Origin: a virus
Taxonomy: Duplodnaviria > Heunggongvirae > Uroviricota > Caudoviricetes
Length of the DNA stretch: 64,000 bases
IMG/VR virus record: IMGVR_UViG_2939127364_000001
Reading direction: 5' to 3' (one strand)
Below are positions 18,902 through 29,064 of the stretch, piece after piece (positions within the stretch are counted from its first letter, which is position 1; each line of letters starts with the position of its first letter). The notes beneath the pieces are model-generated. The model did no database searches, had not been told where the DNA came from, and saw only the letters and a list, made by a program, of their open reading frames with translations. The translations under genes and the position numbers were made by a program.

Positions 18902-19713
18902 GTCTCATCTCCCTTGAGCAAGTCTCTGTGACGCAAGTGATGCGTCGTATGTTTCTGATACATTCCGCCGTAATAAGCACGACAACTAAGACGGTCGATC
19001 TGGTGATGAAGAATCATTCCATCGCCGATATAAACCGCGCAGTGATCTGGCATTTTCCCGTATTGAATAAAGAAGACGTCCCCACGTTGAGGCTCTGTTC
19101 CAGGCGCAAGCCGTACCAATCCTTCGTTTCGGTAGTTCTGGTCGAGAATGTCGTTATCGCCGGTGTACCACGATGGAATATGCAGGTGTGCGTTCGGGTT
19201 TAGTTCGACGTTAAACTCACGCTTCAAATAGTCCCGACACAACATCCAGCAATCGAATACGCCAAATACATACGGTCTGCCCAGGTATGGCATTTCGAAA
19301 CCATCAGGTGTGATCACATTCATCTCGCTAAAATGGAAAGGGGCATCTCCCTCAACATTCTTGCGAATAGCCAGAATCATCCACGGAACTTCCGTCGCTT
19401 CGCAGCCTGCACGATCGGCATCAGATGCTTCTGCTGATTCATCAGTATGTGAATGCCAGATTGCGATAACATCACCCGCATCCTCTGCCGCCATAATGTC
19501 GTCAACGTGCATTACAAAAGTGTTCTGCGGGTTCTCCGAAACATTCCGCGCTTCCATAAAGCGATATTTGTCGCCATTAGTTCTAACCAGAAAGCCACAC
19601 GCTTCATTAGGGTAGCGATTTATGGCGCAGAGATAGATTTGCTGCATAACGTCAGAGCCAAGCTCAGGGATTGCTTTATTACCCATACCGCGTAGCTCCA
19701 ATAAATCCGCCAA
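18889..19713 (-). CDS. Tail tip assembly protein (lambda K-like; JAB/MPN plus NlpC/P60 domains)
   Basis: EACGFL...HSHTDE JAMM-like motif and a C-terminal Cys/His NlpC-like region (DCWMLCRDY...H). Confidence 0.8.
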   Translation of the reverse strand: MADLLELRGMGNKAIPELGSDVMQQIYLCAINRYPNEACGFLVRTNGDKYRFMEARNVSENPQNTFVMHVDDIMAAEDAGDVIAIWHSHTDESAEASDADRAGCEATEVPWMILAIRKNVEGDAPFHFSEMNVITPDGFEMPYLGRPYVFGVFDCWMLCRDYLKREFNVELNPNAHLHIPSWYTGDNDILDQNYRNEGLVRLAPGTEPQRGDVFFIQYGKMPDHCAVYIGDGMILHHQIDRLSCRAYYGGMYQKHTTHHLRHRDLLKGDETCLS

Positions 19714-20410
19714 AATGGATCACACCGTCGGCAAAATAATTCCGACGCGCATTACAGGCGTCATAACGTTTTGTGCAGTAATCCGCACCAGACATAGACG
19801 TCTGCTGGTTATTTTTGTCGAAATATGGACCGGTATAGCCGCATTCTGGCCCTCGGTATTTCCACGGGCAGGTGTTTTTAATGATCTGACGATACGGCAG
19901 TTGCACCCCCATCAAATCGAACACACTGGACAATTCAAACTCGACAACCTGATGAGTTTCGAGAGTTTTCTGTTCGATAAACCACATTTCATCCGGGAAA
20001 TGTTGGTTTGGATCTGCTGTTGGGTTGCCGTCTTTAAAATTAACGGCATCGAGGAAGCGAGCCAGCGTCATCTTGCGAATAATGCGGCAGCCAACAAGAT
20101 CGTCGTTTGCCTGAACTTCCGCAGAGACAGTTCCGGCAAAGTTCGATACCTGAATTTTTGGACGTGGCAACGTTCCCTGGCCAGTTTTGTCAAAGCCTGA
20201 TGCTTTGATTGGCCACGGCTCGTATGTCACTCCTTGCCAGACGACCGGTTGCATCAGTTCGTTTGTTCCGGCGTGGAAGAATAGCTTCCCCCCTGAAGTT
20301 GTGTTCGACATATCCAGTACGAACAACTCAATGAGTGCAGAGGGAGATAAGCTCTGAATATCAGCTTTAATTCCCATTGTTTCATCCTTGAAATAAGTAG
20401 GCGCTAACAT
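19679..20410 (-). CDS. Minor tail protein (lambda L-like)
   Basis: Conserved FLDAVNF and cysteine cluster CPWKYRGPECGY...C; true start possibly the internal ATG at 20377. Confidence 0.85.
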   Translation of the reverse strand: MLAPTYFKDETMGIKADIQSLSPSALIELFVLDMSNTTSGGKLFFHAGTNELMQPVVWQGVTYEPWPIKASGFDKTGQGTLPRPKIQVSNFAGTVSAEVQANDDLVGCRIIRKMTLARFLDAVNFKDGNPTADPNQHFPDEMWFIEQKTLETHQVVEFELSSVFDLMGVQLPYRQIIKNTCPWKYRGPECGYTGPYFDKNNQQTSMSGADYCTKRYDACNARRNYFADGVIHFGGFIGATRYG

Positions 20411-20430
20411 CCTGTCAGCGCCACAATGAT

Positions 20431-20464
20431 AGTAAATTAGTACTTACTTATCTAGATACTTAAG
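20431..20464. promoter_or_regulatory. Motif B cluster between M-like and L-like genes
   Basis: agtaaattagtacttacttatctagatacttaag. Confidence 0.3.
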
Positions 20465-20795
20465 CCTCAAATACTTGTCTGAATGTAGCTGTTAAGACAC
20501 AGTACCCCTGATATCGCTTGACCGTATGACTGTCACATACAACTACAATCCGTTTTCCTCTTGGATTAACCCAATAGAACGACTCAACGCCTGCTCGCTC
20601 AGTCAGGAAGTCATCGATTGCATTAATTTCGTTGTATGATCTGGTAAAGGTTAACGACCATTCTTCTTTAATACGATTAAGACCTTGAGCCTGTCGCTGC
20701 TCGTAGTCATCACCAAAATTAAGTACCGTTACATTCGGTTTTACGCTTTTTTCAGATTCGTAATCTGGATACCAATTAAACGTTTGTCTTTCCAT
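20460..20795 (-). CDS. Minor tail protein (lambda M-like)
   Basis: 111 aa; size and order as lambda M, with ...FGDDYEQRQ... Confidence 0.75.
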   Translation of the reverse strand: MERQTFNWYPDYESEKSVKPNVTVLNFGDDYEQRQAQGLNRIKEEWSLTFTRSYNEINAIDDFLTERAGVESFYWVNPRGKRIVVVCDSHTVKRYQGYCVLTATFRQVFEA

Positions 20796-20837
20796 CTCAC
20801 ATCCTTGTGAGACTGCCCCGGTCGGGGCAGTCGATAG

Positions 20838-23800
20838 TTAGTTACGTTGAGTGTTTGGGTTGAGTGATCCGCCAGGGCGTTTCTCTTGAGCGATAGTCTC
20901 AAGCGCGATTGCTTTCATCCGTTGAGCGGCATTGTTCCATATGCTTTCTGTATCGCCGGATTCAGTTGTGCTACCGTCACTATGGACGTTGATCTCAATT
21001 GATACCGGAGAAAGAACATTTCCTCCTCCACTCATACCATCGGTACTGAGCGTTACAGGGATTGTTCGACCATCAGGCAATGGAACATACGCCTCATTCA
21101 TATCGCCTTCCCCAAACAACGCCAATTGAGGTGAGTTGGCGATACCGCCTTTCTGGTATGCCCGGAGCGGGATCACGCCGTCTTTTCCGAATATGCCACC
21201 ATTTGCAAACTTCGGAATTGCAGGAATACCATTCGTGCCATCGGCAGCAGAACTGGTCAGATTGTTGAACCCGGAAGTTGAGCCAGAAGAACCGGACATC
21301 AATCCATCGAATCCACCACCAGCCCATACTGAAACCAAACCAGATGCAACTGTTGCGCCGAAATTCAACCACTTATTACCAGAGCCGGAAGCATTAGCTC
21401 CAAGCATTGCAAACGCGGCAGACAGCGCGCCGGTAACAGAACTGAGGTTCTGCATCGAGAAGATGGAGTCCTTCACGGCTTTTGTCTCGGCATCTTTGGC
21501 TTCAGTGCTATCAAATAGCCCTGATACCCAGCTACCAATCGCATTTGTTGCAGTGCCAATTGCGCTGGTGGTCTGCTGTGTTGTTTGCCCCAATCCAGTT
21601 ACCGAACTGGACGTCTCCTTCGTGGCTTCTCCTACCGACTTGTCGCCATTAACAGTGTTGCTTATGCGCACACCTTGATTGGCAACGGCGGAAGCAACCC
21701 CGGTGAGCAAATTACCACTCTGTGAACTACCAGCTGCGGTGGTTCCCATCCCCAACATGTTCATTAGAGGCAGCGTGATCTGCGACTTCACGACCATATT
21801 GGTGATATCTTTCAAAATGGACTGAGACAGGCTGGAGAAGCTCATCTTCCCGTTAATAACGAAATCAGTCAGGACATCAGTTAAGCCACTAAACAAATCA
21901 GTCCAGGTGCTTTCGATCTGCTCTGCCAGGTTTTCGTATTCCAGTGCCAACTTCTGCGTCGCAGTCCCCGTCTCTTTAATAAGCGCGGTATTGCCAGCAG
22001 CAATAAGTTGATTGATCTTTTTATCGAACAACTCAATCTGGCTTTGTGAGGCTGTGCCTGACTCAATCGCAGCTTTACGTAAATCCATCAACGCTTTAAG
22101 GTTGCGATTATAGGTTTCTTCGAAATCAGCAACTTTCTCTTCACGAGACGGCGTATAGCCAGCACTAATAATGGAATCCGCCTCCGGTGCCCAAGTGGAG
22201 ATCATCTGCTCAACATTGCGGCGATTAAACATCTCGCGATATTCAGGTGTCGCATTTTTGAGGTCTTCAAGACGTTTTTTCGCCTTGTCGATCATCTCTT
22301 GAGTGATGAACTCGTTAGGAACCGCATTAGCCAAATCTGTCAGCGATTTCGTTGTATCGCGAAGAGACTGATCAAACGATACCGTAGCCTTAGAGCTTTC
22401 ACCCATTTGCCCCATAAGCTGATCGGCTTTGTCCAGAGCCTTCTGATATCCGGCCGCCAGTTTCTGTTGCGCTGCCTGTTCTTTCTTTGCTGCTCTCTCG
22501 GCTGCTTTTGCGGTACGGTTTGCTGCCTTATCTGCTGCTTCTGCATCAAGTTCACGAGCTTTTGTCAGAGTCTTAATTACTGCGATGCGGTCATTTTCTG
22601 ACAACTGCTCTAATTTCACATCACCGTAAATTTTCTTCTGTCTTAATTGCTCCTTGAGTTGTCGAGGCCCAACAACAGGTTGACCTTGTAAGTCGTATAA
22701 TGCGGTACCATCGAGATTGACTCTTTGATACCTTTTAGAGTCCATCTGCTGTTTCCAAAAACCAGTCATAGTTTTGGAATTAGCATCAACTGGTGTGCTT
22801 GAAAACTCACCAATTTTACCGCCATTAATAGAAACCAAGCCGTCCCCAGCTTTCACGCTAAGACTGATTTCAAGGTTCTCCATCCCCTCTTTTACAATCT
22901 TCAAAGCCTCGGTGGTGGCGTCTATCTTTGTCTGGGCTTCTTTTTGCCCCTGCATATCGTTCGACTCTTGGGTCTTTTTGAGCTCTTCAGAGTATGTGGC
23001 GAGTTCACCAAGCCCCTTCTCATAACGAGCTTTATACCCTTTGAGTTTTTGCTCGTCGGCCTGGGCGTACAAACGTCCAAGTTCTGCGTTGTTTTCTGCC
23101 CTTAATTTGCTTTTTTCGTGGTCGGACAAGTCCGACCGCGCGGCAATTTTCTCATTGCTTTTGGTGAGTCTTTCTATCTCTTTGGCGACTGAGGCTATTA
23201 ATGCATTCCCTTTCTGGTTGACCGCATCAATATCCTCTCTATATTTCTTAGTAATGCTTTGTTTGATGGTTTCGGCTATGCCGCCATCAAGAGCTTTGGC
23301 GACTTCCTCTCTTTCTTTTCGCGCTTTTTCCAGTTTCTTTTTGCTGTCGTCAACATCGACACCAACTTCGTACGGTCCCGTGTATGCTGAAAAATGCAAG
23401 GTTTTGCCAGTCTCGACTTCTTTTTCCAGTCTGGAGATCTCTCGATCTTTCTTGCTCAGTTCGCTTTCCAGCATCGCGCGATCTGCCTGCGTCATCGCTT
23501 CAGGGATTTCTCTGACTTTGTTTACAACGTCTTCGACTTTCTTCCTCAGACTGCTCATGTGCCAGATCAGCGTCGAAACCGCCGTTACCGCAGCAGTAAA
23601 GAAGAACCCTATAGGGTTTGCAGCCATGAACGCAGTCAAGCCAGCAAATGCATTGCGAATAGCAAAAATCAATGCAGGGATGGTAGATAGTCCCATGCGT
23701 GAGGCTCGATTGAAGCGTTTAACGGCTGTCGTCGCAAGATCAAATGTCCCCTGTATTGTGGTGGATACCGTAGCAAAGGTGCTGATCATGCTATTAGCAG

Positions 23801-25421
23801 TGCCAATGACACCAGAAATCCCCGATTTGAGGAGTCTGAAGGCCATCGTGACAGCGACGGCTTTGCCGAAAGTGACAACAAGCTCCTGGTTTTTAATCAG
23901 CCATTTCGCCAGGTCACGCAAACCATCAATAGCCGTCGTCAATCCGCTTCCCAACGAGTGAGCAAAAGATGTACCCTCTGCGCTATTCATCAGGGAGGTG
24001 AGTTCTTTCATTCCCTCTCTTAAAGAAGACAAATAACCAGTCTGGCCTACTTTGTCCGCGAACAGCGTAAAGGCTGTCTTCATTTGCGCCAACGTACCGG
24101 TAAATGTGTTCATCATTTCGGACGCAGCTCCCTCGTTCTGCATCTTCAACTCTTTGAACATAAGTGCCAGTGCGTTTTTGGCTTCTACCGTTCCAGATGC
24201 TACAGCTTTAGTTAACTCGCCCATTGTCAGACCAGCAGCCTTGGCCATTGCGTTCATTGCTGTCGGAATCGCCTCACCTAATTGCTGGCGAAGCTCTTCC
24301 ATCGATACAACACCCTTACCAGACATCTGCTGAACAGCAATGGATGCACGCTTCAGAAGTTCGCTATCACCACCAAAACGAGCAACGGAGTCCACCAGCG
24401 CCTTCAGAGAACCATCGGTTGGATCTAAGCCAGCAGAACGAAACTTCACGAAGGAGTCTGTTAACGCCTGCATCGCGAACGGCGCATTTTGAGCCATGTC
24501 TACGATGTACTTCATATCATCAGCGGCAGCCTGGCCCGGGTTGGACTTCTCCTTATTCAACCCTCGAAGCATCACCCGCATACGTTCCATTTCGGCCGCA
24601 GCTTCAACAATAGGCTTCTGCCACCCAAACATGATGTCAGTAACCGTTCTGGCTGCATCTCCGATCTCGCCAAGCAGGAAAATGTTGCCACGAAGGCCAG
24701 AGAACATACCTCCTTCGTTACTTTTACCGCTATGGCCAGAAGCGCCGCTACGCCGCCCGCTACCACCATCGCCACTTCCAGATGTACGAACGCGTACCGG
24801 CTTGCTAATCAGTTGCTGACGTCCGATAACTTCGTCCATCTGCTCACGAACCTTTTTCAGTCCCTCGGCAGCCTGACTCGTTGTGACACCCCAATTACTG
24901 AGTCGCTTCGTCGTGGTATTAAGGCGCGTATTCATGCCACTCACGGACGCAGAGGCTTCTTTGACCTCCGTACCAAAGCGGCTTGCGCTTTTGCTTGCAT
25001 AGGTCGCCCAATCAGAGAAATCATTTAGCTCTGATTGCACTTTACGTAATGACGCGGTGAGTTTATCTACTGAAGAAGTTGTCGTATCGACGCGCTCAAT
25101 CAGGGCTTTAAGACCAGAATTGAGGCTGGTGATGTTGCCACGCATTTTACGCGTAGCATCTGAAGCAAGCTCAAAACCGGCAGCTACATCCTGTAGTTTA
25201 TCTGCCGTAGAATCGAGCTTGCTTTCCAGAACGCCAATGATACGGGCGACCGAACCCAAAGAGCGTTCAAAGGTTTGGATTTTTTGAGCAGGCTTTGTTA
25301 CCTGCTCACCAAATCGAGTAAGCAGTTTCCCCGCACGATCGATTGACGCTGTAAACTGTTTGTCTTCCAGCGACAGGATAAACTCTACGTTTTGTGACAT
25401 TCCCTTGTCATCCTCTGCCAA
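20838..25421 (-). CDS. Tail tape measure protein
   Basis: 1527 aa, highly alpha-helical and Ala-rich with Gly-rich C-terminal region; located between the G/T chaperone and M. Confidence 0.85.
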   Translation of the reverse strand: MAEDDKGMSQNVEFILSLEDKQFTASIDRAGKLLTRFGEQVTKPAQKIQTFERSLGSVARIIGVLESKLDSTADKLQDVAAGFELASDATRKMRGNITSLNSGLKALIERVDTTTSSVDKLTASLRKVQSELNDFSDWATYASKSASRFGTEVKEASASVSGMNTRLNTTTKRLSNWGVTTSQAAEGLKKVREQMDEVIGRQQLISKPVRVRTSGSGDGGSGRRSGASGHSGKSNEGGMFSGLRGNIFLLGEIGDAARTVTDIMFGWQKPIVEAAAEMERMRVMLRGLNKEKSNPGQAAADDMKYIVDMAQNAPFAMQALTDSFVKFRSAGLDPTDGSLKALVDSVARFGGDSELLKRASIAVQQMSGKGVVSMEELRQQLGEAIPTAMNAMAKAAGLTMGELTKAVASGTVEAKNALALMFKELKMQNEGAASEMMNTFTGTLAQMKTAFTLFADKVGQTGYLSSLREGMKELTSLMNSAEGTSFAHSLGSGLTTAIDGLRDLAKWLIKNQELVVTFGKAVAVTMAFRLLKSGISGVIGTANSMISTFATVSTTIQGTFDLATTAVKRFNRASRMGLSTIPALIFAIRNAFAGLTAFMAANPIGFFFTAAVTAVSTLIWHMSSLRKKVEDVVNKVREIPEAMTQADRAMLESELSKKDREISRLEKEVETGKTLHFSAYTGPYEVGVDVDDSKKKLEKARKEREEVAKALDGGIAETIKQSITKKYREDIDAVNQKGNALIASVAKEIERLTKSNEKIAARSDLSDHEKSKLRAENNAELGRLYAQADEQKLKGYKARYEKGLGELATYSEELKKTQESNDMQGQKEAQTKIDATTEALKIVKEGMENLEISLSVKAGDGLVSINGGKIGEFSSTPVDANSKTMTGFWKQQMDSKRYQRVNLDGTALYDLQGQPVVGPRQLKEQLRQKKIYGDVKLEQLSENDRIAVIKTLTKARELDAEAADKAANRTAKAAERAAKKEQAAQQKLAAGYQKALDKADQLMGQMGESSKATVSFDQSLRDTTKSLTDLANAVPNEFITQEMIDKAKKRLEDLKNATPEYREMFNRRNVEQMISTWAPEADSIISAGYTPSREEKVADFEETYNRNLKALMDLRKAAIESGTASQSQIELFDKKINQLIAAGNTALIKETGTATQKLALEYENLAEQIESTWTDLFSGLTDVLTDFVINGKMSFSSLSQSILKDITNMVVKSQITLPLMNMLGMGTTAAGSSQSGNLLTGVASAVANQGVRISNTVNGDKSVGEATKETSSSVTGLGQTTQQTTSAIGTATNAIGSWVSGLFDSTEAKDAETKAVKDSIFSMQNLSSVTGALSAAFAMLGANASGSGNKWLNFGATVASGLVSVWAGGGFDGLMSGSSGSTSGFNNLTSSAADGTNGIPAIPKFANGGIFGKDGVIPLRAYQKGGIANSPQLALFGEGDMNEAYVPLPDGRTIPVTLSTDGMSGGGNVLSPVSIEINVHSDGSTTESGDTESIWNNAAQRMKAIALETIAQEKRPGGSLNPNTQRN

Positions 25422-25677
25422 ATATTTGCATCAGTTGCTCTTTGGCGTCAGGGTCTGCCTTATCCTGGCTTGGATCGTAGACTTTATCTGTTACGACTGG
25501 TCTTCCAATCCTGAGTTGCAAACCCTCCATGAACGCCTTCACAGCCTCGCCATCCGCCTGGGACGCACGAGCGACTTGTAAGTTGCGGACATCCTCTTCC
25601 GCACGCAGACGGTCTATATTGCGACTGAGCATCCAGAACATCGTGAGAGGAACGTTCAGTAGCTCTAATGGCGACAC
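25408..25677 (-). CDS. Tail assembly chaperone T segment (expressed as G-T fusion by -1 frameshift)
   Basis: The -1 frame relative to the upstream G-like gene is open from within its 3' end through to 25408 with no stop; arrangement as in lambda G/GT. Confidence 0.5.
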   Translation of the reverse strand: MSPLELLNVPLTMFWMLSRNIDRLRAEEDVRNLQVARASQADGEAVKAFMEGLQLRIGRPVVTDKVYDPSQDKADPDAKEQLMQIFGRG

Positions 25678-25757
25678 GGCGTAGTGAGCAACTACACGAC
25701 TGAAATAGAATCCGAGATCTATTGAGACGGTCCTTGTCCCGGATTCATCGCGGGAAA

Positions 25758-26075
25758 TTACTTTGCCCCTTCGCCAGCCGCTTTTTCGTTTTCTTCATCA
25801 ATCACTTCCATAGCGAAGGTGAAGATCTGCTGGAGTTGCGGAACAGTCAGTTTTTCAAGAACTTCGTCAGGTACTGAAGGGATAACCTTACGAACCAGAT
25901 CTGCATAAGCTGTCACTTGCTCAACAGGAGACATGTTCATGAGATCTTTGCCTTCCATCTGCTTGATGGAAACAAAGAGGCCGACGGTCATTTCAACGAT
26001 GGGATATTCTTTGCCACCAAATTTGATGCTTTTTTTCGGCGGCAGAATGGAGTCGAGATCGAGTAATTTGGTCAT
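25758..26075 (-). CDS. Tail assembly chaperone (lambda G-like)
   Basis: 105 aa, acidic C-terminus; between major tail protein and tape measure. Confidence 0.6.
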   Translation of the reverse strand: MTKLLDLDSILPPKKSIKFGGKEYPIVEMTVGLFVSIKQMEGKDLMNMSPVEQVTAYADLVRKVIPSVPDEVLEKLTVPQLQQIFTFAMEVIDEENEKAAGEGAK

Positions 26076-26100
26076 GGTTTAAATCCTTTTAAACTCATAC

Positions 26101-26122
26101 AGAGGCCCATCCATGGGCCTCT
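26101..26122 (-). terminator. Hairpin after major tail protein gene
   Basis: agaggccca-tcca-tgggcctct, 9-bp stem; weak U-tract. Confidence 0.35.
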
Positions 26123-26136
26123 TGGGTTATCACAAT

Positions 26137-26883
26137 TTAGCTTGCGGCAGTTACAGAGACGGCTTTGGTCGCCTTCTTGGCACCGTCATTAGTTGTGAAG
26201 GTGATATTGGCTGAACCGACAGCTTTACCAGTTACCAGTCCGTTCTGATCTACGGTCGCTTTATCAGTCGCATCAGAGCTCCACACGCCAGTCTTATTGG
26301 TTGCATCGGCCGGGGTGAAGGTTGCGCTCAATTGAACTTTAGTGCCCACTTTTACGGTCGGTGAAGACGGGGTCAGCGTGACGCTCTCAACCGGCTTTGG
26401 GAGGCTCATTTTCCCCAACACGCCAGCGTCGTCCGGGTAAGCGGAAAACTCAACTGAGAACACGCGAACGTCGTCAGACTGGTAGGTCATGGTGAAGTTA
26501 CCCGCGGTTGCTGCTTTAGGGATGGTCAGAACATAATCCGTCGCATCCTGCGGGGTCAGCACCAACTCTTTCGCAACGTCGATCAGGTTCACTCCCTGCG
26601 CAGACGTGATGGTTACGGTATCTTCGCCAGAACTCAGCGTGGAACCTGGCATCAGATCGACCATGTTTTTCAACACGGATTCAGCCAGCGGCGCAGTAAT
26701 GGTGATGTTGCGGCCCTGGATCAGCTCGGAGATCGTGGTCTGGCCCAGCTGGTCTACGGTCACTTTCAGCGTTTCGGTTGCGATTTCAACCTGAACACCA
26801 CCTTTGGTGTAACCCAAATCCACACCACCAAACGACACCTTACAGGCACCAAGTTTGATGTTTTTTACATGGGTATTAGACAT
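26137..26883 (-). CDS. Major tail (tube) protein with C-terminal Ig-like domain
   Basis: ATG at 26883 preceded by AAAGGAG (the track start at 26919 is probably too long); C-terminal ~80 aa resembles bacterial Ig-like folds. Confidence 0.7.
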   Translation of the reverse strand: MSNTHVKNIKLGACKVSFGGVDLGYTKGGVQVEIATETLKVTVDQLGQTTISELIQGRNITITAPLAESVLKNMVDLMPGSTLSSGEDTVTITSAQGVNLIDVAKELVLTPQDATDYVLTIPKAATAGNFTMTYQSDDVRVFSVEFSAYPDDAGVLGKMSLPKPVESVTLTPSSPTVKVGTKVQLSATFTPADATNKTGVWSSDATDKATVDQNGLVTGKAVGSANITFTTNDGAKKATKAVSVTAAS

Positions 26884-26923
26884 TGATGGAAAACTCCTTT
26901 TTCCGTTAATTCTACGCATTCAT

Positions 26924-26940
26924 TGCGCTAATAGTAAGTA
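26924..26940. promoter_or_regulatory. Motif B, perfect palindrome TAAGTATATACTTA
   Basis: agtaagtatatacttac, ~45 nt upstream of the major tail gene start. Confidence 0.35.
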
Positions 26941-26957
26941 TATACTTACCAATTGAG

Positions 26958-27314
26958 TTAATTCAATAAGTAGCCAGCAAATTCAACAGGAATGCCTGCT
27001 TCTATTAATGCCCCATCATTTTTGGGATAAATGATTGGCATCGCCATCGGTCGTACAAGTCGAAAATACACACCACCAGATTCCGTTTCCTCTACTGGAA
27101 ACATCTCAATGATTTTATTGGCTTTCTCAACCGTCGTAGTAATTGACGAACCACGCACAATGATTGTGAATGATTCGTGATAAAAGCCCTGTAGCTCATG
27201 ATCGATGCTGATGCCGGTATTTGGATTAATAAGCAGGACGCCAGATTTCACATTGGCAGGCAAGTAGTGACAGAAAATGTCAGTCCCGACCGTGCCAATC
27301 TTTGCCTTCTGCAT
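26958..27314 (-). CDS. Small structural/tail completion protein (hypothetical)
   Basis: ORF 26958..27464 in track; start placed at the internal ATG 27314 to limit overlap with the upstream gene. Confidence 0.4.
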   Translation of the reverse strand: MQKAKIGTVGTDIFCHYLPANVKSGVLLINPNTGISIDHELQGFYHESFTIIVRGSSITTTVEKANKIIEMFPVEETESGGVYFRLVRPMAMPIIYPKNDGALIEAGIPVEFAGYLLN

Positions 27315-27342
27315 CAAACTTGCAAACGCTTCAATAAACACA

Positions 27343-27816
27343 TTAACCTCTCGTAAATCCGGCTTTTCTGGCAGCCTCAAGAATCGCTTCTGAGAACTGC
27401 TTCTCGCTAATTTCCACCGCTCTTTCCAGAAAGTGTGGCCCAACACGGGGTTTAACACCGGCAATTGGTGGGTTTGTCACGTTCTTCATTCGAGAAAGAT
27501 AACCGAGTCGGTATTTACCCAGCTCCATGTACTTAGCATAGTCACCTACTTCTACACCCGGATGCCCCTGACGTGGTTTTGCTCCAGACACAGAAAGCTC
27601 AATGCGCAGCCCTGAATAACCTTCTTTAATCACCCTGGCAAAGATAGCTGTCTCCAGAGATCCGGTTTCCAGCGGGGCCATTGCACGGCTGAGGCGCTCA
27701 ACCAAACGCGCCAGCTTTTCCATGTCCCGAATAAGATATCGCTTAAATGCTTTCTGGCTGTTGTTGAGTCTATTCCCCGCACGTTTGAACTGATGCGCAT
27801 CGTATTTCAGACCCAT
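27343..27816 (-). CDS. Head-tail joining or tail terminator-type protein (hypothetical)
   Basis: 157 aa, position between the head and tail modules. Confidence 0.45.
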   Translation of the reverse strand: MGLKYDAHQFKRAGNRLNNSQKAFKRYLIRDMEKLARLVERLSRAMAPLETGSLETAIFARVIKEGYSGLRIELSVSGAKPRQGHPGVEVGDYAKYMELGKYRLGYLSRMKNVTNPPIAGVKPRVGPHFLERAVEISEKQFSEAILEAARKAGFTRG

Positions 27817-28247
27817 ATATTCGCCCCTACTTCAAGATGCCCAGGTCTTCCTCGTAGCCCCCAGCGGCGATGAACACTGGACACCTTTAATTTTTGACCT
27901 TCAAGGATCAGTACATCATCAAGTTGTACAGCCGCTTCTAAAGGGACAACTAACACAGCATCAAACAGCTCCAGACTCGCCTTACCACGACTACCAGAGC
28001 TATCAGCACGAACTGACGATTTCTCATTACTCTGTTCGAACTTAACCACGCCGACATTCGTCTTCCTGACGAATTGTAATTGCGCCTCACCGTAAACGTT
28101 CTTTGCGCCAAAGCGGTAGATCGCAATTTCTGTTTGCCATGAAATATTCATGCTCTCTCCCTGTTGTTGTCGGTCGCTCTCATTACTGGCCAAAAACCCT
28201 TTAGACCAAAAGTAAATAATGCGACTGGCGTTACGCACGGCGAACAA
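27807..28247 (-). CDS. Hypothetical structural protein
   Basis: 146-aa ORF; alternative start at the internal ATG ~28151. Confidence 0.4.
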   Translation of the reverse strand: MFAVRNASRIIYFWSKGFLASNESDRQQQGESMNISWQTEIAIYRFGAKNVYGEAQLQFVRKTNVGVVKFEQSNEKSSVRADSSGSRGKASLELFDAVLVVPLEAAVQLDDVLILEGQKLKVSSVHRRWGLRGRPGHLEVGANIWV

Positions 28248-29064
28248 TCATACGGTTGTTGATGTAACTGACCAGCAAGCGCCAGGTGCTACGAGCCACA
28301 TGCACGTTTGCAGCTTTACCGGTACGGTACATGTTGGTTGTTTCACCGATTGACTCTGACAAAATGCCATCCTCTCGTGCTGCGGCAACATCATTGCCAT
28401 TTGCGATCTCACACGCTTCGTTGACAACGGCAAGCATCAACGCTTCTTTGAAGTAGTCAGGGAACTCTTCAAACTTCTCCTGCGTCATCTTTTCCCAATC
28501 GACTAAATCATGCCGGTACGCTCCATCTGCTCCCCACGGAATGTCATACACATTCAGCATATTTTGAGGGCGATCGTATCGGTCAAAGTCGATACGTAGA
28601 ATTTTGCGGATTGAGAACGGTAAAGTTTTAATTCGTCTGGTAGCCTCAATGAGACGCTTGCGCATTAAGCCTTCACCATCCGACAGCAAAGTGTCCCCAT
28701 TCAGCATATCGATCGCCTGCATTTGAGCATCAGCGACAGTTGCAAACGACTGTTCTGGTATCGACAGTTCAAAACTATTCAGCAGAACATACATTTGCCG
28801 CTCTTCATGCGTCAGACCCGATGCAACAGCCTTCACAATGACGTACCGCAGATCGCGTTCTTTCTCAGAGAGCTGGTTATATTCAGCCGACACGACAACC
28901 GGAATCGACATTTGACCGCTGGTAATTTCTAGCGGCTCGCCATCAACGAGAATAGCCCCGGTGCTGTCCTTTACTGTGTAGGTAGCAGATTCGATATCCA
29001 GCACGTTGAAGGCAAATGAAAGGGAAACAGCTTCACCGCTACGATACGAGTCGATCTGCGCCAT
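28231..29064 (-). CDS. Hypothetical structural protein
   Basis: 277 aa; within the late structural operon. Confidence 0.45.
   Translation of the reverse strand: MAQIDSYRSGEAVSLSFAFNVLDIESATYTVKDSTGAILVDGEPLEITSGQMSIPVVVSAEYNQLSEKERDLRYVIVKAVASGLTHEERQMYVLLNSFELSIPEQSFATVADAQMQAIDMLNGDTLLSDGEGLMRKRLIEATRRIKTLPFSIRKILRIDFDRYDRPQNMLNVYDIPWGADGAYRHDLVDWEKMTQEKFEEFPDYFKEALMLAVVNEACEIANGNDVAAAREDGILSESIGETTNMYRTGKAANVHVARSTWRLLVSYINNRMIVRRA

Noticed and set aside
21136-24613. + strand ORFs up to 306 aa antisense to the tape measure gene
   Set aside because: Low-complexity antisense frames inside a 1527-aa gene with consistent helical composition; none has an independent ribosome-binding site.
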